From positions 192,001-256,000 of the forward strand of contig JBGARZ010000002.1 of NCBI GenBank assembly GCA_044229975.1: DNA of 64,000 bases, in the 5' to 3' direction. Below are positions 1 through 10,242 of this stretch, one piece after another. Position numbers and translations under genes: made by a program. How positions within the stretch are numbered: the first letter of the stretch is position 1; the number at the start of each line of letters is the position of its first letter. The notes beneath the pieces are model-generated. The model saw nothing but the letters and a program-made list of their open reading frames with translations. It made no database searches and was not told the origin of the DNA. The stretch is from Polyangiales bacterium (GTDB taxonomy: Bacteria; Myxococcota_A; Polyangia; Polyangiales; Ga0077539).

Positions 1-17
1 ACCCGATCACGACCTTC

Positions 18-362
18 GTGCGGGTCATCGAGGTGGCCGACGCGCCCACCGAGCTCGCGGCGCAACCAGTGTTGGAGCCACCGCTGACACGCTCCGAGCT
101 CTCCTCCCGCGGCGCCCGCCTCGACGCGCGCGGCGGAACCCTCTCCATGATCTCCGCCTCGGGTCCGTTTCGGCCCATCGAGGCGCGCACGCTCGGGCTC
201 ACCTCCATCGCCAACGGCGTCATGAGCCCGTGGAACGACGGGTGGTTCATCGCGGTCTTCGGCATCCGCGCGCCCGACCTCGGCGCTTCGGCCATCATCG
301 AGACCGGCAAGATTCGACTGCGCGGTCGCGCTGCCTACAACCCCTGCCCCGCCGGAACGTGA
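18..362 (+). CDS. Hypothetical protein, probably the C-terminal part of a gene starting upstream of the window
   Basis: GC3-rich open frame ending TGA at 362; no recognisable motif. Confidence 0.5.
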   Translation: MRVIEVADAPTELAAQPVLEPPLTRSELSSRGARLDARGGTLSMISASGPFRPIEARTLGLTSIANGVMSPWNDGWFIAVFGIRAPDLGASAIIETGKIRLRGRAAYNPCPAGT

Positions 363-410
363 CGCGTCGACTGTAAGCCCCTCCGATCACCGGGCGTTCG
401 TTGCCCAGAG

Positions 411-1337
411 GTGATCGACATGACGCGCTACTCCGCCCTGTTTCCGATGATGGTCGTGACGGCCCTGGGTTGCAGCTCCCAAGGGGCGATGTCAGCTCCC
501 ACGGCCTACCGCTCCGGCTACGGCACCACCGCCACCGCGCAGAGCGGCGCGCGCGAGGTCACCGTCGCGAGCGTCTCGACGACGACCGCCGTGGGCGAGG
601 ACATCTCGCCCAACGGCACCTGGGTCGACGGCTCGCGCGCCGAACCGCAGCCGTCGTCTCCTCCTGCGACGCAGGTGCCGTCGTCGCTCCGTCCCGGCCT
701 CGCGACGCACTGGGGCGAGGACCGCTACTCCTCCGTCCGCACGACCCCCTTCGAGCGCGCCTCGGGGCGGCCCTTCGACGTCGCGACGCTCCACTACAAC
801 GACGCCCGCCTCGCGGCGATGCAGGCGCGGCGCGAGGGCTTCCGCTGGCTCTCGATGCACCGCGACGGCATCCGCATCTCGCTGCGTGGCGAAGGGGGCG
901 AGGTGCTCCCGGGCTTCCTCACGGGCGGCGACGCGTTCGTCATCGGGCAGCCCGGCCAGCGCTACGCCATCGTGCTGGAGAACCTCACCAACGCCCGCGT
1001 CGAGGCGGTGCTCACCGTCGACGGCCTCGACGTCATCAACGGTCAGCCGGGCAGCACCGAGAACCGCGGCTACCTCGTTCGCCCGCACGGGACCATCGTG
1101 GTCGACGGCTTCCGGCGAAGCACCACGACGGTGGCGGCGTTCAGGTTTGGTGGAGTGGAGGGGTCGTACGCCGAAGACCGGGGCTCGGCGCGCAACGTCG
1201 GGGTCATCGGTGTGGCGCTCTTCGCGGAGCGCGGCGCCGAGCTCGACCTCGAGAGCAACGAGGTCGAGCTGCGACGTCAGGCCGACCCGTTTCCGGGTGG
1301 GTTCGCGCCGCCGCCGTCGCAGCGCATCGCCGACTGA
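411..1337 (+). CDS. Hypothetical lipoprotein
   Basis: Lipobox-like TALGC after a hydrophobic stretch; beta-rich C-terminal domain (VLTVDGLDVI...VGVIGVALFAE); strong codon bias. Confidence 0.8.
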   Translation: MIDMTRYSALFPMMVVTALGCSSQGAMSAPTAYRSGYGTTATAQSGAREVTVASVSTTTAVGEDISPNGTWVDGSRAEPQPSSPPATQVPSSLRPGLATHWGEDRYSSVRTTPFERASGRPFDVATLHYNDARLAAMQARREGFRWLSMHRDGIRISLRGEGGEVLPGFLTGGDAFVIGQPGQRYAIVLENLTNARVEAVLTVDGLDVINGQPGSTENRGYLVRPHGTIVVDGFRRSTTTVAAFRFGGVEGSYAEDRGSARNVGVIGVALFAERGAELDLESNEVELRRQADPFPGGFAPPPSQRIAD

Positions 1338-1340
1338 GCG

Positions 1341-1814
1341 TCAGCTCTCGCTGATCTGCTGGGCGAGGTAGTTGGCCTCGCCGATCTGCGCGATGAGACC
1401 GAGCTGCGTCTCCAGCCAGTCGGCGTGCTCTTCCTCGCTCACGAGGATGTCCCGCAGCAGCGCCTCGGAGCCGTGGTCGTTGTGGTCGCGGCAGAGCTTG
1501 AGGCCGTCGTTGAGCCGGGCGAGCGCCTCGGTCTCCAGCGCGAGGTCGAGGCGAAACTGCTCGCCCACCGACTCGCCCACGTTGACCTTGTTGAGCCGCT
1601 GAAGGTTCGGCACGCCTTCGAGGTACAGGATCCGCTCGATGATCCGGTCGGCGTGCTTCATCTCGTCGATGGACTCCTTCTTCACGTAGTCCGCCAGCCG
1701 GAGATAACCCCAGTTGCGGCACATCTTCGCGTGGATGAAGTACTCGTTGATGGCAGTGAGCTCGGCCGTCAAGACGGCGTTGAGCAGGTCGAGAATCGCA
1801 GCGTGACCCTTCAT
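1341..1814 (-). CDS. bfr: Bacterioferritin
   Basis: MKG start; [14 protein letters not shown] and EEEHADWLE ferroxidase motifs; 157 aa. Confidence 0.97.
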   Translation of the reverse strand: MKGHAAILDLLNAVLTAELTAINEYFIHAKMCRNWGYLRLADYVKKESIDEMKHADRIIERILYLEGVPNLQRLNKVNVGESVGEQFRLDLALETEALARLNDGLKLCRDHNDHGSEALLRDILVSEEEHADWLETQLGLIAQIGEANYLAQQISES

Positions 1815-1893
1815 GGCAACCTCCGACGAGACGCCTACCAGAGCACCGCGCGCCCGGCTCGGAAATAGCTCTTTCTGTCGGTGATTCGCGTTC

Positions 1894-2103
1894 TCAGCCG
1901 GTCATCAACATCGGCAGCCGCACACCCCCGCGTGCAGTCACTGGCGACTCCTCTTCGATCATCTCCTCGATCATGTCGCGACACGAACCGCAGTCAGTGC
2001 CCGCGCCGCACGCGCGCCCCACGGCCTCGACGGTCTCGGCCCCGTCGGCGATCACCGATCGAATCCTGCTGCATCGCACGCCATGACAGACACACACGAT
2101 CAT
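1894..2103 (-). CDS. bfd: Bacterioferritin-associated [2Fe-2S] ferredoxin
   Basis: MIVCVC...GAGTDCGSC signature; directly upstream of bfr; start re-picked at ATG 2103. Confidence 0.93.
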   Translation of the reverse strand: MIVCVCHGVRCSRIRSVIADGAETVEAVGRACGAGTDCGSCRDMIEEMIEEESPVTARGGVRLPMLMTG

Positions 2104-2134
2104 CGGGAGCGCATCTCCGGTTGAGGTGCTCCGA

Positions 2135-2163
2135 GATATACTGAGACCAGTTCTCGTTTTCAA
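2135..2163 (-). promoter_or_regulatory. Sigma70-type promoter of bfd with an overlapping Fur-box-like site
   Basis: Minus strand TTGAAA-17 nt-TATATC; TGAAAACGAGAACTGGTCTCA (2162-2142) resembles the 21-bp Fur consensus. Confidence 0.55.
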
Positions 2164-2266
2164 GCCCGGTGTGGGCGATGGTCATTCGCTCCCGTGCTGG
2201 AGTAGGCTGCGTCGGTGATTCGGGCGGAACCAACCATCGACCCCAACCGGGATCGGTAGCGCTCTC

Positions 2267-3664
2267 ATGGCCGCGTCGGAGCGAAACAACCGGATCGTGC
2301 GCGACGGCCCGGACCCCCTCATCGGGGTCGAGGTCAACGGGAAGTTTCGGGTCATCGAGGAGGTCGCCGCCGGGGGGATGGGCAAGATCTACCGGGCCGA
2401 GCAGCTCCCGCTGGGGCGCGTCGTCGCGGTGAAGGTCCTGCACTCGCGCTTCACCGAGTCGCCGGACGACCCGGCCTTCCGCAAGCGCTTCTTCCTGGAG
2501 GCGAGCATCCTCTCGAAGCTCCAGCACCCCAACATCGTGACGGTGTTTGACTACGGTCGCATCGAGACCGTCGCCGACGAGGCGTACTTCATGGCGATGG
2601 AGTACCTCCCCGGCGAGACGCTCCATAGGCGCCTGAAGCGCGAGGGCGCGTTGCCTACCGAGACCACCATCTCGGTGATTCGTCAGATCGCCAAGGGCCT
2701 GCGGGAGGCCCACCGACACGACGTCGTGCATCGCGACCTCAAGCCCGCCAACGTGATGCTCTCGCCCGACGAGGCCGGCGACGAGTCGGTGAAGATCCTC
2801 GACTTCGGCCTCGTGAAGGTGCTCCGCGACGACTCCGAGGAGCTCACCAAGGAGGGGTCGTTTCTGGGGTCGCCCCGGTACATGTCACCCGAGCAGATCG
2901 CTCACGGGCGCGTCGATCTTCGCGCCGACATCTACTCGCTCGGCGTGATCCTCTACCAGTGCCTCTGCGGCAAGGCGCCGTTCGAGGCCGAGCACTCGGT
3001 GCACATCCTCATGGCGCACCTCCACGCGCCGGTTCCGCCCTTCGCCGAGCGCAGCCCCGGTGTGGTGGTCCCCGAGCCGCTCGGGGCGCTGGCGATGCGG
3101 TGCCTCGCCAAACAACCCGACGGCAGACCCGCGAGCATGGATGAGTTTCTCCACGTGCTGCGGGAGTGCGAGGTCGCGCTCGGCATCGAGACGCGACCGT
3201 CGGCGCTCACCGATCGCTCGCTCGCGGCGGCGCGTACGCCATCACTCGCCGCGCCGCGCATGCCGTCGCCCGCCCCAGCGGTCGTCGCGCCCGCCCTCCC
3301 CACGGCCACGAATCCCGACGGCCAACCCGTTGCTCCGAAGCGCCGCTCCGCGGCCATCGTCCTTGGCCTCGTCGCGCTGTGCCTGCTCGGCGTCGCGCTT
3401 GGTCTGCTGCTTCGTTCACGCCTGACCGATGTGCCCGTCGCGTCCGCACCGATCGCCCCTCCGACGCAGCCCCCGACGTCGCGGCCGGCGATCGATCCCG
3501 CTCCGCCGATGGCGCCCGCGGCACCGGAGCTCGTGCCCGCCCCGGTCGCCGAACCGACGCCCGTCATCGCGCGACCCGCTCCGATCGACCCGCCGCGCCG
3601 TCGCCCTCCGCGACCTCCGCGCTCGACCAACCCGGTGGACCAAGACATCAGACTGCATCGGTGA
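2267..3664 (+). CDS. Membrane-anchored Hanks-type Ser/Thr protein kinase
   Basis: GGMGKIY, VAVK, HRDLKPAN, DFG and YMSPEQ motifs; one TM helix; Pro-rich tail. Confidence 0.95.
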   Translation: MAASERNNRIVRDGPDPLIGVEVNGKFRVIEEVAAGGMGKIYRAEQLPLGRVVAVKVLHSRFTESPDDPAFRKRFFLEASILSKLQHPNIVTVFDYGRIETVADEAYFMAMEYLPGETLHRRLKREGALPTETTISVIRQIAKGLREAHRHDVVHRDLKPANVMLSPDEAGDESVKILDFGLVKVLRDDSEELTKEGSFLGSPRYMSPEQIAHGRVDLRADIYSLGVILYQCLCGKAPFEAEHSVHILMAHLHAPVPPFAERSPGVVVPEPLGALAMRCLAKQPDGRPASMDEFLHVLRECEVALGIETRPSALTDRSLAAARTPSLAAPRMPSPAPAVVAPALPTATNPDGQPVAPKRRSAAIVLGLVALCLLGVALGLLLRSRLTDVPVASAPIAPPTQPPTSRPAIDPAPPMAPAAPELVPAPVAEPTPVIARPAPIDPPRRRPPRPPRSTNPVDQDIRLHR

Positions 3665-3673
3665 AGCAACCCC

Positions 3674-6604
3674 ATGACCCGCTCTCCCCTCCGTCGCTCA
3701 CTCCGCTGGGCGCTCGCGCTCGTCCTCGCTGCCTCCGTTCCCGCCGCCGCGGATGACCTCGCCGACGAGGCCGACCTCCAGTTCGAGCTCGGCGCCGACC
3801 GCTACCGTCGCGGCGATTTTCGCGAGGCGCTGGAGCACTTCCTCGCGTCCAACCGCCTCGTCCCCAACCGCAACGTTCTCTACAACATCGCGCGCAGCTA
3901 CGAGCAGCTCAACCGCTACCCCGACGCGCACCGCTACTACCTCCAGGCGCTCGACGGCGAGACCGACGCGGCCGCCCGCGCCAACATCGAAGGCGCCCTG
4001 CGCCGCGTGGGCCCCTACGTCGCCGCACTGCGCATCGTCACCGAGCCGCCCGGCGCGACCATCTACATCGACCGCCGCGACCTCGGTCCGCGTGGGGTGA
4101 GCCCGAGGGTTCTGGCGTTTCAGCCTGGGCGCGTGCGCGTCATCGCCGAGCTCGATGGCTACGAGCCTGCCACCGTCGACAACGTCTCCATCCAGCTCGG
4201 AACCGAGTCGCCCGTCATCATCCCGCTACGGCGCATCCTCGGTCGCCTGCACGTCGAGGGCAGCGTGCGCGGCGCCTCCGTGCGCGTCGACGATGAGCAC
4301 GGCCCGGTGGCGTGCACCGTCCCCTGCGACGTCGACCTGCCGCCCGGGCGACGCACGCTGCACGTCTCAGCGGACGGCTATCGCACCCGCGCCGAGTCGG
4401 TCGACGTCGTGGCGCGCGAGACACGATCGACGACGGTGGCGCTCACTCCGGTGACTGGCGGACTCGTGGTGAGCGCCGACGAACGCGACGCGCTGGTCGA
4501 GGTCGACGGGCGCCCGGTCGGCTTCACGCCAGCGGTGGTCGACGTGCAGGTGGGACCGCGTCGTGTCCGGGTGTCGCGCCCGGGCTTCCGCGCCATCGAG
4601 CAGACGGTGCGCGTGACGGAGGGCGCGCAGTCGCGGCTCGACCTCTCGCTGCGGCAGGTGGAGGAGGTGACGGCGGCGTCGCGCGCGGCAGAGAACGTCG
4701 AGGACGCGCCGAGCTCCGTGAGCATCATCACCCGGCAGGAACTCCAGGCCATGGCCTACCCCACCGTTGCCGAGGCGCTGCGTGGGACGCGCGGGGTGTT
4801 TCTCTCCGACGACCGCAACTACCCCACGGTGGGCTTCCGCGGGTACGGGCGGCCCGGTGACTACGGCAACCGCGTGCTCGTGCTGCTCGACGGCACGCCG
4901 CTCAACGACAACTGGGTCAACTCGTCGTACCTCGGGTACGACCTCCGCACCGACCTCGAAGACCTGTCCCGCATCGAGGTGGTGCGCGGCCCAGGGTCGG
5001 TGCTCTACGGGACGGGCGCGTTTTCGGGCGTGGTCAACCTCGTGAGCCGCGGCCGCGACGAGCCCAGCGGCGTCGAGGGGAGTGTGTCCACCAACCAGGA
5101 GGGCGTGGCCCGCGCGCGGGTGATGGGCCGCTACCGACCCAACGCCCACACCGGACTGTGGTTGTCGGTCGCCGGTGCACACAGCCCGGGCCGCGACATT
5201 GCCCTCCCAGAGCTCACGGGTGCTGGCTTCGATGGCACCGCGCGGGGCGTCGACGGCTTCGACGCGGGCACCGTGCTCGGACGAGCGTGGTACCGCGCGC
5301 TCTCGGTCCAGTGGTCGCTGCACTCGCGGCGCAAGGATCTCCCGGGCGGCGCCTATGACGTCGTTCCGGGTCTTGAGGGCAGCTACCTCGCGGACACGCG
5401 CGGGCTCTTCGAGCTGCGCTTCGAGCCTCGGCTCTCCGAGAGCGCCCAGCTCTTCGCGCGGACGGCGCTGCACCACTACGAGTATCGCAGCCAGCTCCGA
5501 CAGTCCGACGACCCTGCCAACCCGACGCGCGAGACCTTCAACGGAACCTGGCTCGACGGCGAGCTCCGCGGCGCCTTCGACGTCGCGCGGGGATTGCGCC
5601 TCAACGTCGGCGCCCAGGGTCAGTACCACCTCGACGCCACGCAGACCTCCGCGCTCGTGCGGCCCGACCGCGCACGGTTGCCCACCGACTTCCGCGATGC
5701 GCGCGCCTTCGGCATCGCAGCGGGCTACCTCACGGCCGAGTGGGGGCCGAGCGAGGTCGTGCGGGTCTCCGGCGCCATCCGCGGCGAGTACTTCAGCACC
5801 ATCGGGCGAGCGCTCCCTGCGCCTCGCGTCGCGCTCATCGTGCGCCCGTACGCGCGCGGCAACCTCAAGCTCATGGGCGGTCGGGCGTTCCGCGTCCCGA
5901 GCATCTACGAGCTCTATTACAACGACGGCGGGGTCACCCAGCAGGCCGCGCCCGGCCTCTCGCCCGAGACCGTGTGGACCGCCGAGGTCGAGTTCTCCCA
6001 CCGCATCGGCACCACCTGGACGGCGCTCGTCAGCTCCTACGTGAACTACCTCGAGAACCTCATCGCGCTGCGGGAGTCACCCGGCAGTCCTGGAGTCGTT
6101 CGCTACGAGAACACCCTCGCGCCCGTCTTCACCATCGGCGCCGAGGCCGAGCTCCGACGCGAGTGGCGGCAGGGCTGGATGGTGAGCGCGAGCTACTCGT
6201 TTCAACGATCGCGCTACGTCACCGACACCAACGCCCGCGCGCAGGATGCGCTGCGCCAGGTCCCCAACGCCCCCGAGCACCTCTTCTCGGTGCGCGCGGC
6301 GGTGCCGGTCGTCCCCGAGCTCGTCACGCTGATGTCCCGCCTCACCGTCGAGGGCCCGCGCTGGGATCGCTTCGATCGCGGCACCGACACCGTCCAGCAG
6401 CAGCGCACCGACCCGAGCGTCATGTGGGACGTCGTGCTCTCCGGGCGCGCCGAGCGCTGGGGCGTTCGGTACGCCGTCGGCGTCTACAACCTCTTCGACT
6501 GGCGCTACGCCACGCCCGTGAGCGGTGAGTTCGACGACCGGCTGCGCTCGATGCCGCAGCTCGGTCGGAGCTTCCTCTTCAGCGCCACCGTCGCGACGCG
6601 CTGA
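3674..6604 (+). CDS. TonB-dependent receptor with N-terminal TPR and PEGA domains
   Basis: Signal peptide; TPR (FELGADRYRRGDFREALEHF); about 3 PEGA repeats; plug motif RIEVVRGPGSVLYGTGAFSGVVNLV; barrel end YNLFD...GRSFLFS. Confidence 0.92.
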   Translation: MTRSPLRRSLRWALALVLAASVPAAADDLADEADLQFELGADRYRRGDFREALEHFLASNRLVPNRNVLYNIARSYEQLNRYPDAHRYYLQALDGETDAAARANIEGALRRVGPYVAALRIVTEPPGATIYIDRRDLGPRGVSPRVLAFQPGRVRVIAELDGYEPATVDNVSIQLGTESPVIIPLRRILGRLHVEGSVRGASVRVDDEHGPVACTVPCDVDLPPGRRTLHVSADGYRTRAESVDVVARETRSTTVALTPVTGGLVVSADERDALVEVDGRPVGFTPAVVDVQVGPRRVRVSRPGFRAIEQTVRVTEGAQSRLDLSLRQVEEVTAASRAAENVEDAPSSVSIITRQELQAMAYPTVAEALRGTRGVFLSDDRNYPTVGFRGYGRPGDYGNRVLVLLDGTPLNDNWVNSSYLGYDLRTDLEDLSRIEVVRGPGSVLYGTGAFSGVVNLVSRGRDEPSGVEGSVSTNQEGVARARVMGRYRPNAHTGLWLSVAGAHSPGRDIALPELTGAGFDGTARGVDGFDAGTVLGRAWYRALSVQWSLHSRRKDLPGGAYDVVPGLEGSYLADTRGLFELRFEPRLSESAQLFARTALHHYEYRSQLRQSDDPANPTRETFNGTWLDGELRGAFDVARGLRLNVGAQGQYHLDATQTSALVRPDRARLPTDFRDARAFGIAAGYLTAEWGPSEVVRVSGAIRGEYFSTIGRALPAPRVALIVRPYARGNLKLMGGRAFRVPSIYELYYNDGGVTQQAAPGLSPETVWTAEVEFSHRIGTTWTALVSSYVNYLENLIALRESPGSPGVVRYENTLAPVFTIGAEAELRREWRQGWMVSASYSFQRSRYVTDTNARAQDALRQVPNAPEHLFSVRAAVPVVPELVTLMSRLTVEGPRWDRFDRGTDTVQQQRTDPSVMWDVVLSGRAERWGVRYAVGVYNLFDWRYATPVSGEFDDRLRSMPQLGRSFLFSATVATR

Positions 6605-6610
6605 CCCGCC

Positions 6611-9451
6611 TCACGGCCGGGTGATGGCCACCGAGAACGACCCCGTGTTCGACAAGAAGCCATCCACCGTGAAGACGTGGATGCCGGCGCCGGCGGGGAT
6701 GCTGCTGCTGATGGTCGACTGCAACCCGCACGCGTCGTCGTTGCAAGCGTCGCCCCCACCCGCCGGGTTGCGCAGGTAGATGAGCGTGTCCCAGGACGCG
6801 CGGGAGCACGTCGTCGCCGTAAAGCCGCCGCCGCCGAAGTCCGGGCAGGAGCGCCACCACCACGTCGCCTCGCCCGCGCCGCCGCCGCACGTGCTGCCCA
6901 TCAGACCGGAGCCCGACGTCGCGCCCGACTGGGTGGTGCTCCCCTGGGGGAGCAGGTTGACGGCGCCGCTGCCGACCGCCATGTGCTGCACCCGCAAGTT
7001 GAAGTTGCCGGTCTGCCCGTAATAGCCGGCCACCATCAGGTACCAGGTGCCGGGGCTGAGCAGCGCCACGACCTGCGACTGGACCCCTCCTCCGCCGCAC
7101 CCGGCGCCGCCCATGTCGTCGTTGCAGAGAACCTCTCCCGCGACGCTCGTGGTCGTCAGGGCGGTGCCGCAGTCGCGCGCGAAGTAGAGCACCGTGTCGA
7201 AGGCGCTGCCCTGCGAGTCGGCGTAGACCAGCTCGCGGGAAGGCCCGGGGACGTCGATGCGGTAGTACACGTCGGCGCCGACGTTGAACCCACAGCCCGC
7301 CGGGGCGGCGACCGAGAGCCCGGCGCCCACGTTGGTGCCGGTGAGGTTGATGTTGGCCGACGCGAAGGAGATCGCCTGCGCGCCGCCGCAGGTGTCGTTG
7401 GGCGGGCCCGCCGCGACGCACGACCCCGAGGTGCACACCTGGCTGCTCGCGCACGAGTTGCCGCACCCGCCGCAGTTGCGCGCGTCGTTGGAGAGGTTGA
7501 CGCAGCTCCCGCCGCAGAAGGTCGTGCCCGGGGCGCAGACGCTCGCACAGCTCCCACCGGAGCACGCCGTGCCCGGACCGCAGCTCCGGCCGCACGTCCC
7601 GCAGTTGCCGTTGTTGTTGGCAAGGTTCGTCTCGCACCCGCTCGCCGCCGATCCGTCGCAGTCGCCGAAGCCCGCGACGCACGCTGCGATGGCGCACCCG
7701 CCCGACGCGCACATCGCCGTCGCGAAGGGCAGCGCGCACGACTGGCCGCAGGCCCCGCAGTGCGCGGTGCTCGCCTGGAGGTTGGTCTCGCAGCCGTCGG
7801 CCTCGCTGCCGTTGCAGTTGCCGAAACCGCCGTTGCATCCCGCGAGCGCGCAGCCGCCGCCCGCGCACGCCGCCGTCGCGTTGGGCCGCGAGCACACCAT
7901 CCCGCAGGCGCCGCAGTGCATCACGCTCTCGCGCAGGTTGGTCTCGCACCCGTCGGCCGCGCTCCCGTTGCAGTCGCCGAAGCCCACGCCGCACGTGAGC
8001 CCGCACGCGCCGCCCGCGCACGCCGGCGTGGCGTTGGAGGCGCCGTCGCAACGCCGTCCGCACGCGCCGCAATGCTCCACGTCGGACTCCAGCCGCGCGC
8101 AGCGGTCGGCGCAAAACGTCGTCCCGGTCATGCACACGCTGGTGCAGGTTCCGCCCGCGCAGGCCGTGCCCGCCTCGCACCGGTGCTCGCACGCGCCGCA
8201 GTGAGCGCTCTCGTTGGTGAGGTCGACCTCGCAGCCGTTGGCCGCGTTGCCGTCGCAGTCGGCCCACCCCCGCTCGCAGGTGGCGATCACGCAGCGCGAC
8301 GCCGCGCACGCCACGCTCGCGTGCGAGATCGCGCAGGTCACGCCGCAGCCGCCGCAGTGGGCCGCGCTCGTCGCCACGAAGACCTCGCAGCCGTTGGCCG
8401 CGTTGCCGTCGCAGTCGCTGAAGCCCGCCTCACAGGTGATGCCGCACATGGCCATGGTGCAGGTCGCCGTGGCGTTGAGGCCCGCGGGGCAGCGGGTCGC
8501 GCACGCGCCGCAGTGCTCGGGGCTCCCGGCGAGGGCGGTCTCGCAGCCGTTGGTCGCGTCGCCGTCGCAGTCGCCGAAGCCCGCCTCGCACTCGACCACG
8601 CAGGCGCCCGCCATGCACCGCGTCGCCGCGTTGACGCCCCGCGGGCACGCGCGCCCACAGCCGCCGCAGTTGGCCGGGTCGGTCGCCAGCTCGGACTCGC
8701 AGCCGTTGGCCGCGGCCCGGTCGCAGTCGCCGAAGCCCGCGTTGCAGGCGCCCACTGCGCAGGCCGCCGCCGCGCAGGTCGCCGTGCCGTTGGTGGCGTT
8801 GCACGCCGCGCCGCAGCGGCCGCAGTTCATCGGGTCGCTGTCGGGCGTCGCGCAGCGGCCGAGGCAGCACGCGCCGCCGGTGCCACACGCGTTGCCGCAG
8901 GCGCCGCAGTGGGCCTCGCTGGCGTTGACGTCGACGCACTGGTCGCCGCAGCAGGTGTTGCCCACGCCGCACGGGTGGGCCTCGTTGCAACCGGGCACGC
9001 ACACCGTGTCGACGCAGAGCGTCCCGGGCACGCAGTCGTTGTCGACGGCGCAGCCCGTGCAGCGGTGCGACGCGAGGTCGCAGCGGGTGACGCCGCCGCC
9101 GCAGTCGTCGTCGTCGTCGCAGCCCACCTGACACGCCCGCGCCGTAGGGTCGCAGTAGCTCCCGAGCAGGCAGGTGTTGCCGCCGACGACACAGCCCACG
9201 CAGCGCCCGCGCGCGGTGTCACAGATCGCGCCGCCCGGGGCCGACCGGCAGTCGTCATTGCTGGCGCAGGAGGTGCCGCCGTCGTCCGGGGCCTTGGGCC
9301 CATCGTCGGTCGCGTCGGCGACCACGGAACCGTCCGCGGCGGGGAGGCGCGGGTCGACCATGCCGCCCCGGGCGCACCCGGCTGCGACGATCGAACAGAG
9401 CGCCGCGATGAGCATCGACAGGCGCAGGACAGGACTCGACGGACAGGGCAT
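6611..9451 (-). CDS. Large Cys-rich repeat lipoprotein (myxobacterial type) with C-terminal beta-sandwich domains
   Basis: Lipobox VAAGC; many CDGxAxNGCE...HCGACG repeats; PPNDTC motif followed by PPC-like domains; start uncertain. Confidence 0.85.
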   Translation of the reverse strand: MPCPSSPVLRLSMLIAALCSIVAAGCARGGMVDPRLPAADGSVVADATDDGPKAPDDGGTSCASNDDCRSAPGGAICDTARGRCVGCVVGGNTCLLGSYCDPTARACQVGCDDDDDCGGGVTRCDLASHRCTGCAVDNDCVPGTLCVDTVCVPGCNEAHPCGVGNTCCGDQCVDVNASEAHCGACGNACGTGGACCLGRCATPDSDPMNCGRCGAACNATNGTATCAAAACAVGACNAGFGDCDRAAANGCESELATDPANCGGCGRACPRGVNAATRCMAGACVVECEAGFGDCDGDATNGCETALAGSPEHCGACATRCPAGLNATATCTMAMCGITCEAGFSDCDGNAANGCEVFVATSAAHCGGCGVTCAISHASVACAASRCVIATCERGWADCDGNAANGCEVDLTNESAHCGACEHRCEAGTACAGGTCTSVCMTGTTFCADRCARLESDVEHCGACGRRCDGASNATPACAGGACGLTCGVGFGDCNGSAADGCETNLRESVMHCGACGMVCSRPNATAACAGGGCALAGCNGGFGNCNGSEADGCETNLQASTAHCGACGQSCALPFATAMCASGGCAIAACVAGFGDCDGSAASGCETNLANNNGNCGTCGRSCGPGTACSGGSCASVCAPGTTFCGGSCVNLSNDARNCGGCGNSCASSQVCTSGSCVAAGPPNDTCGGAQAISFASANINLTGTNVGAGLSVAAPAGCGFNVGADVYYRIDVPGPSRELVYADSQGSAFDTVLYFARDCGTALTTTSVAGEVLCNDDMGGAGCGGGGVQSQVVALLSPGTWYLMVAGYYGQTGNFNLRVQHMAVGSGAVNLLPQGSTTQSGATSGSGLMGSTCGGGAGEATWWWRSCPDFGGGGFTATTCSRASWDTLIYLRNPAGGGDACNDDACGLQSTISSSIPAGAGIHVFTVDGFLSNTGSFSVAITRP

Positions 9452-9588
9452 GGGACAGCTCCACTGGAGGCCTTTCGGTTCGCGCGGGGCGAAGGGCCGC
9501 GCCCAGCATATCAGAGCCCCCTGTGCGCTCGCCCCCTGCGTCAATCTGTCCACTAGCGCCGCGATCGCGGGGCCGTACCATCGCGCCC

Positions 9589-10242
9589 ATGAGCGATGAG
9601 CGCGCGCCGGGTGGTCGGGTCTTCGGGTGCTTCATCGTCGCCGCGGCGATCACCGTCAGCGGCTGCACCCACGACGACGGGGTGGTGTCGGCCGCGTGCG
9701 GCGATCCGCTCCAATTGAGCCTGCCCGACTGCACCAGCGGCGCCGATCGCTTCTCCGACGAGGCGTGCACCGTGCTCGACGACGCCATCACCACCCGCGT
9801 GTCGACGGTGGACGCGCGCGCCGCCACCATCACGGCTCCGGCCGAGGGTGAGCGTGTCCCTTCTGCAACGCCATACGCCTTCACGTGGACGGCGCCCGTC
9901 GCGTGGCGCCCGCGGCCCCGCGCGCCGCGCGCGTTCACCTTCGCGGACGATCTGCGGCGCTGGACGACGCTCATCCCAGAGGCCGAGGCCCACTGCGAGC
10001 CCTTCACGGGTCGCGCCTACGAGCTGCGCTTCACCGCGGGCGGCACCACGGTCTTCCGCCGCCAGACCTCGGCGCTCTCGTGGACGCCCTCCGCGCGCGA
10101 CTGGGGACTCATCACAGGCGGCGCTGGCAGTAGCCGCGCCATCGAGCTCACCATCTATACGGCGCTGTTCAACGGTGGGACCGTCGGCACGGGCTCGGGG
10201 CCGTTTCGACCGACGGCGGTGCGTCGCTTCACGGTGCAGTGA
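9589..10242 (+). CDS. Hypothetical lipoprotein
   Basis: Hydrophobic leader ending VSGC; GC3 bias. Confidence 0.7.
   Translation: MSDERAPGGRVFGCFIVAAAITVSGCTHDDGVVSAACGDPLQLSLPDCTSGADRFSDEACTVLDDAITTRVSTVDARAATITAPAEGERVPSATPYAFTWTAPVAWRPRPRAPRAFTFADDLRRWTTLIPEAEAHCEPFTGRAYELRFTAGGTTVFRRQTSALSWTPSARDWGLITGGAGSSRAIELTIYTALFNGGTVGTGSGPFRPTAVRRFTVQ

Noticed and set aside
372..402. Possible ECF sigma promoter (TGTAAG...CGTT) before the 411 lipoprotein gene
   Set aside because: Single short match with no cognate sigma gene in the window
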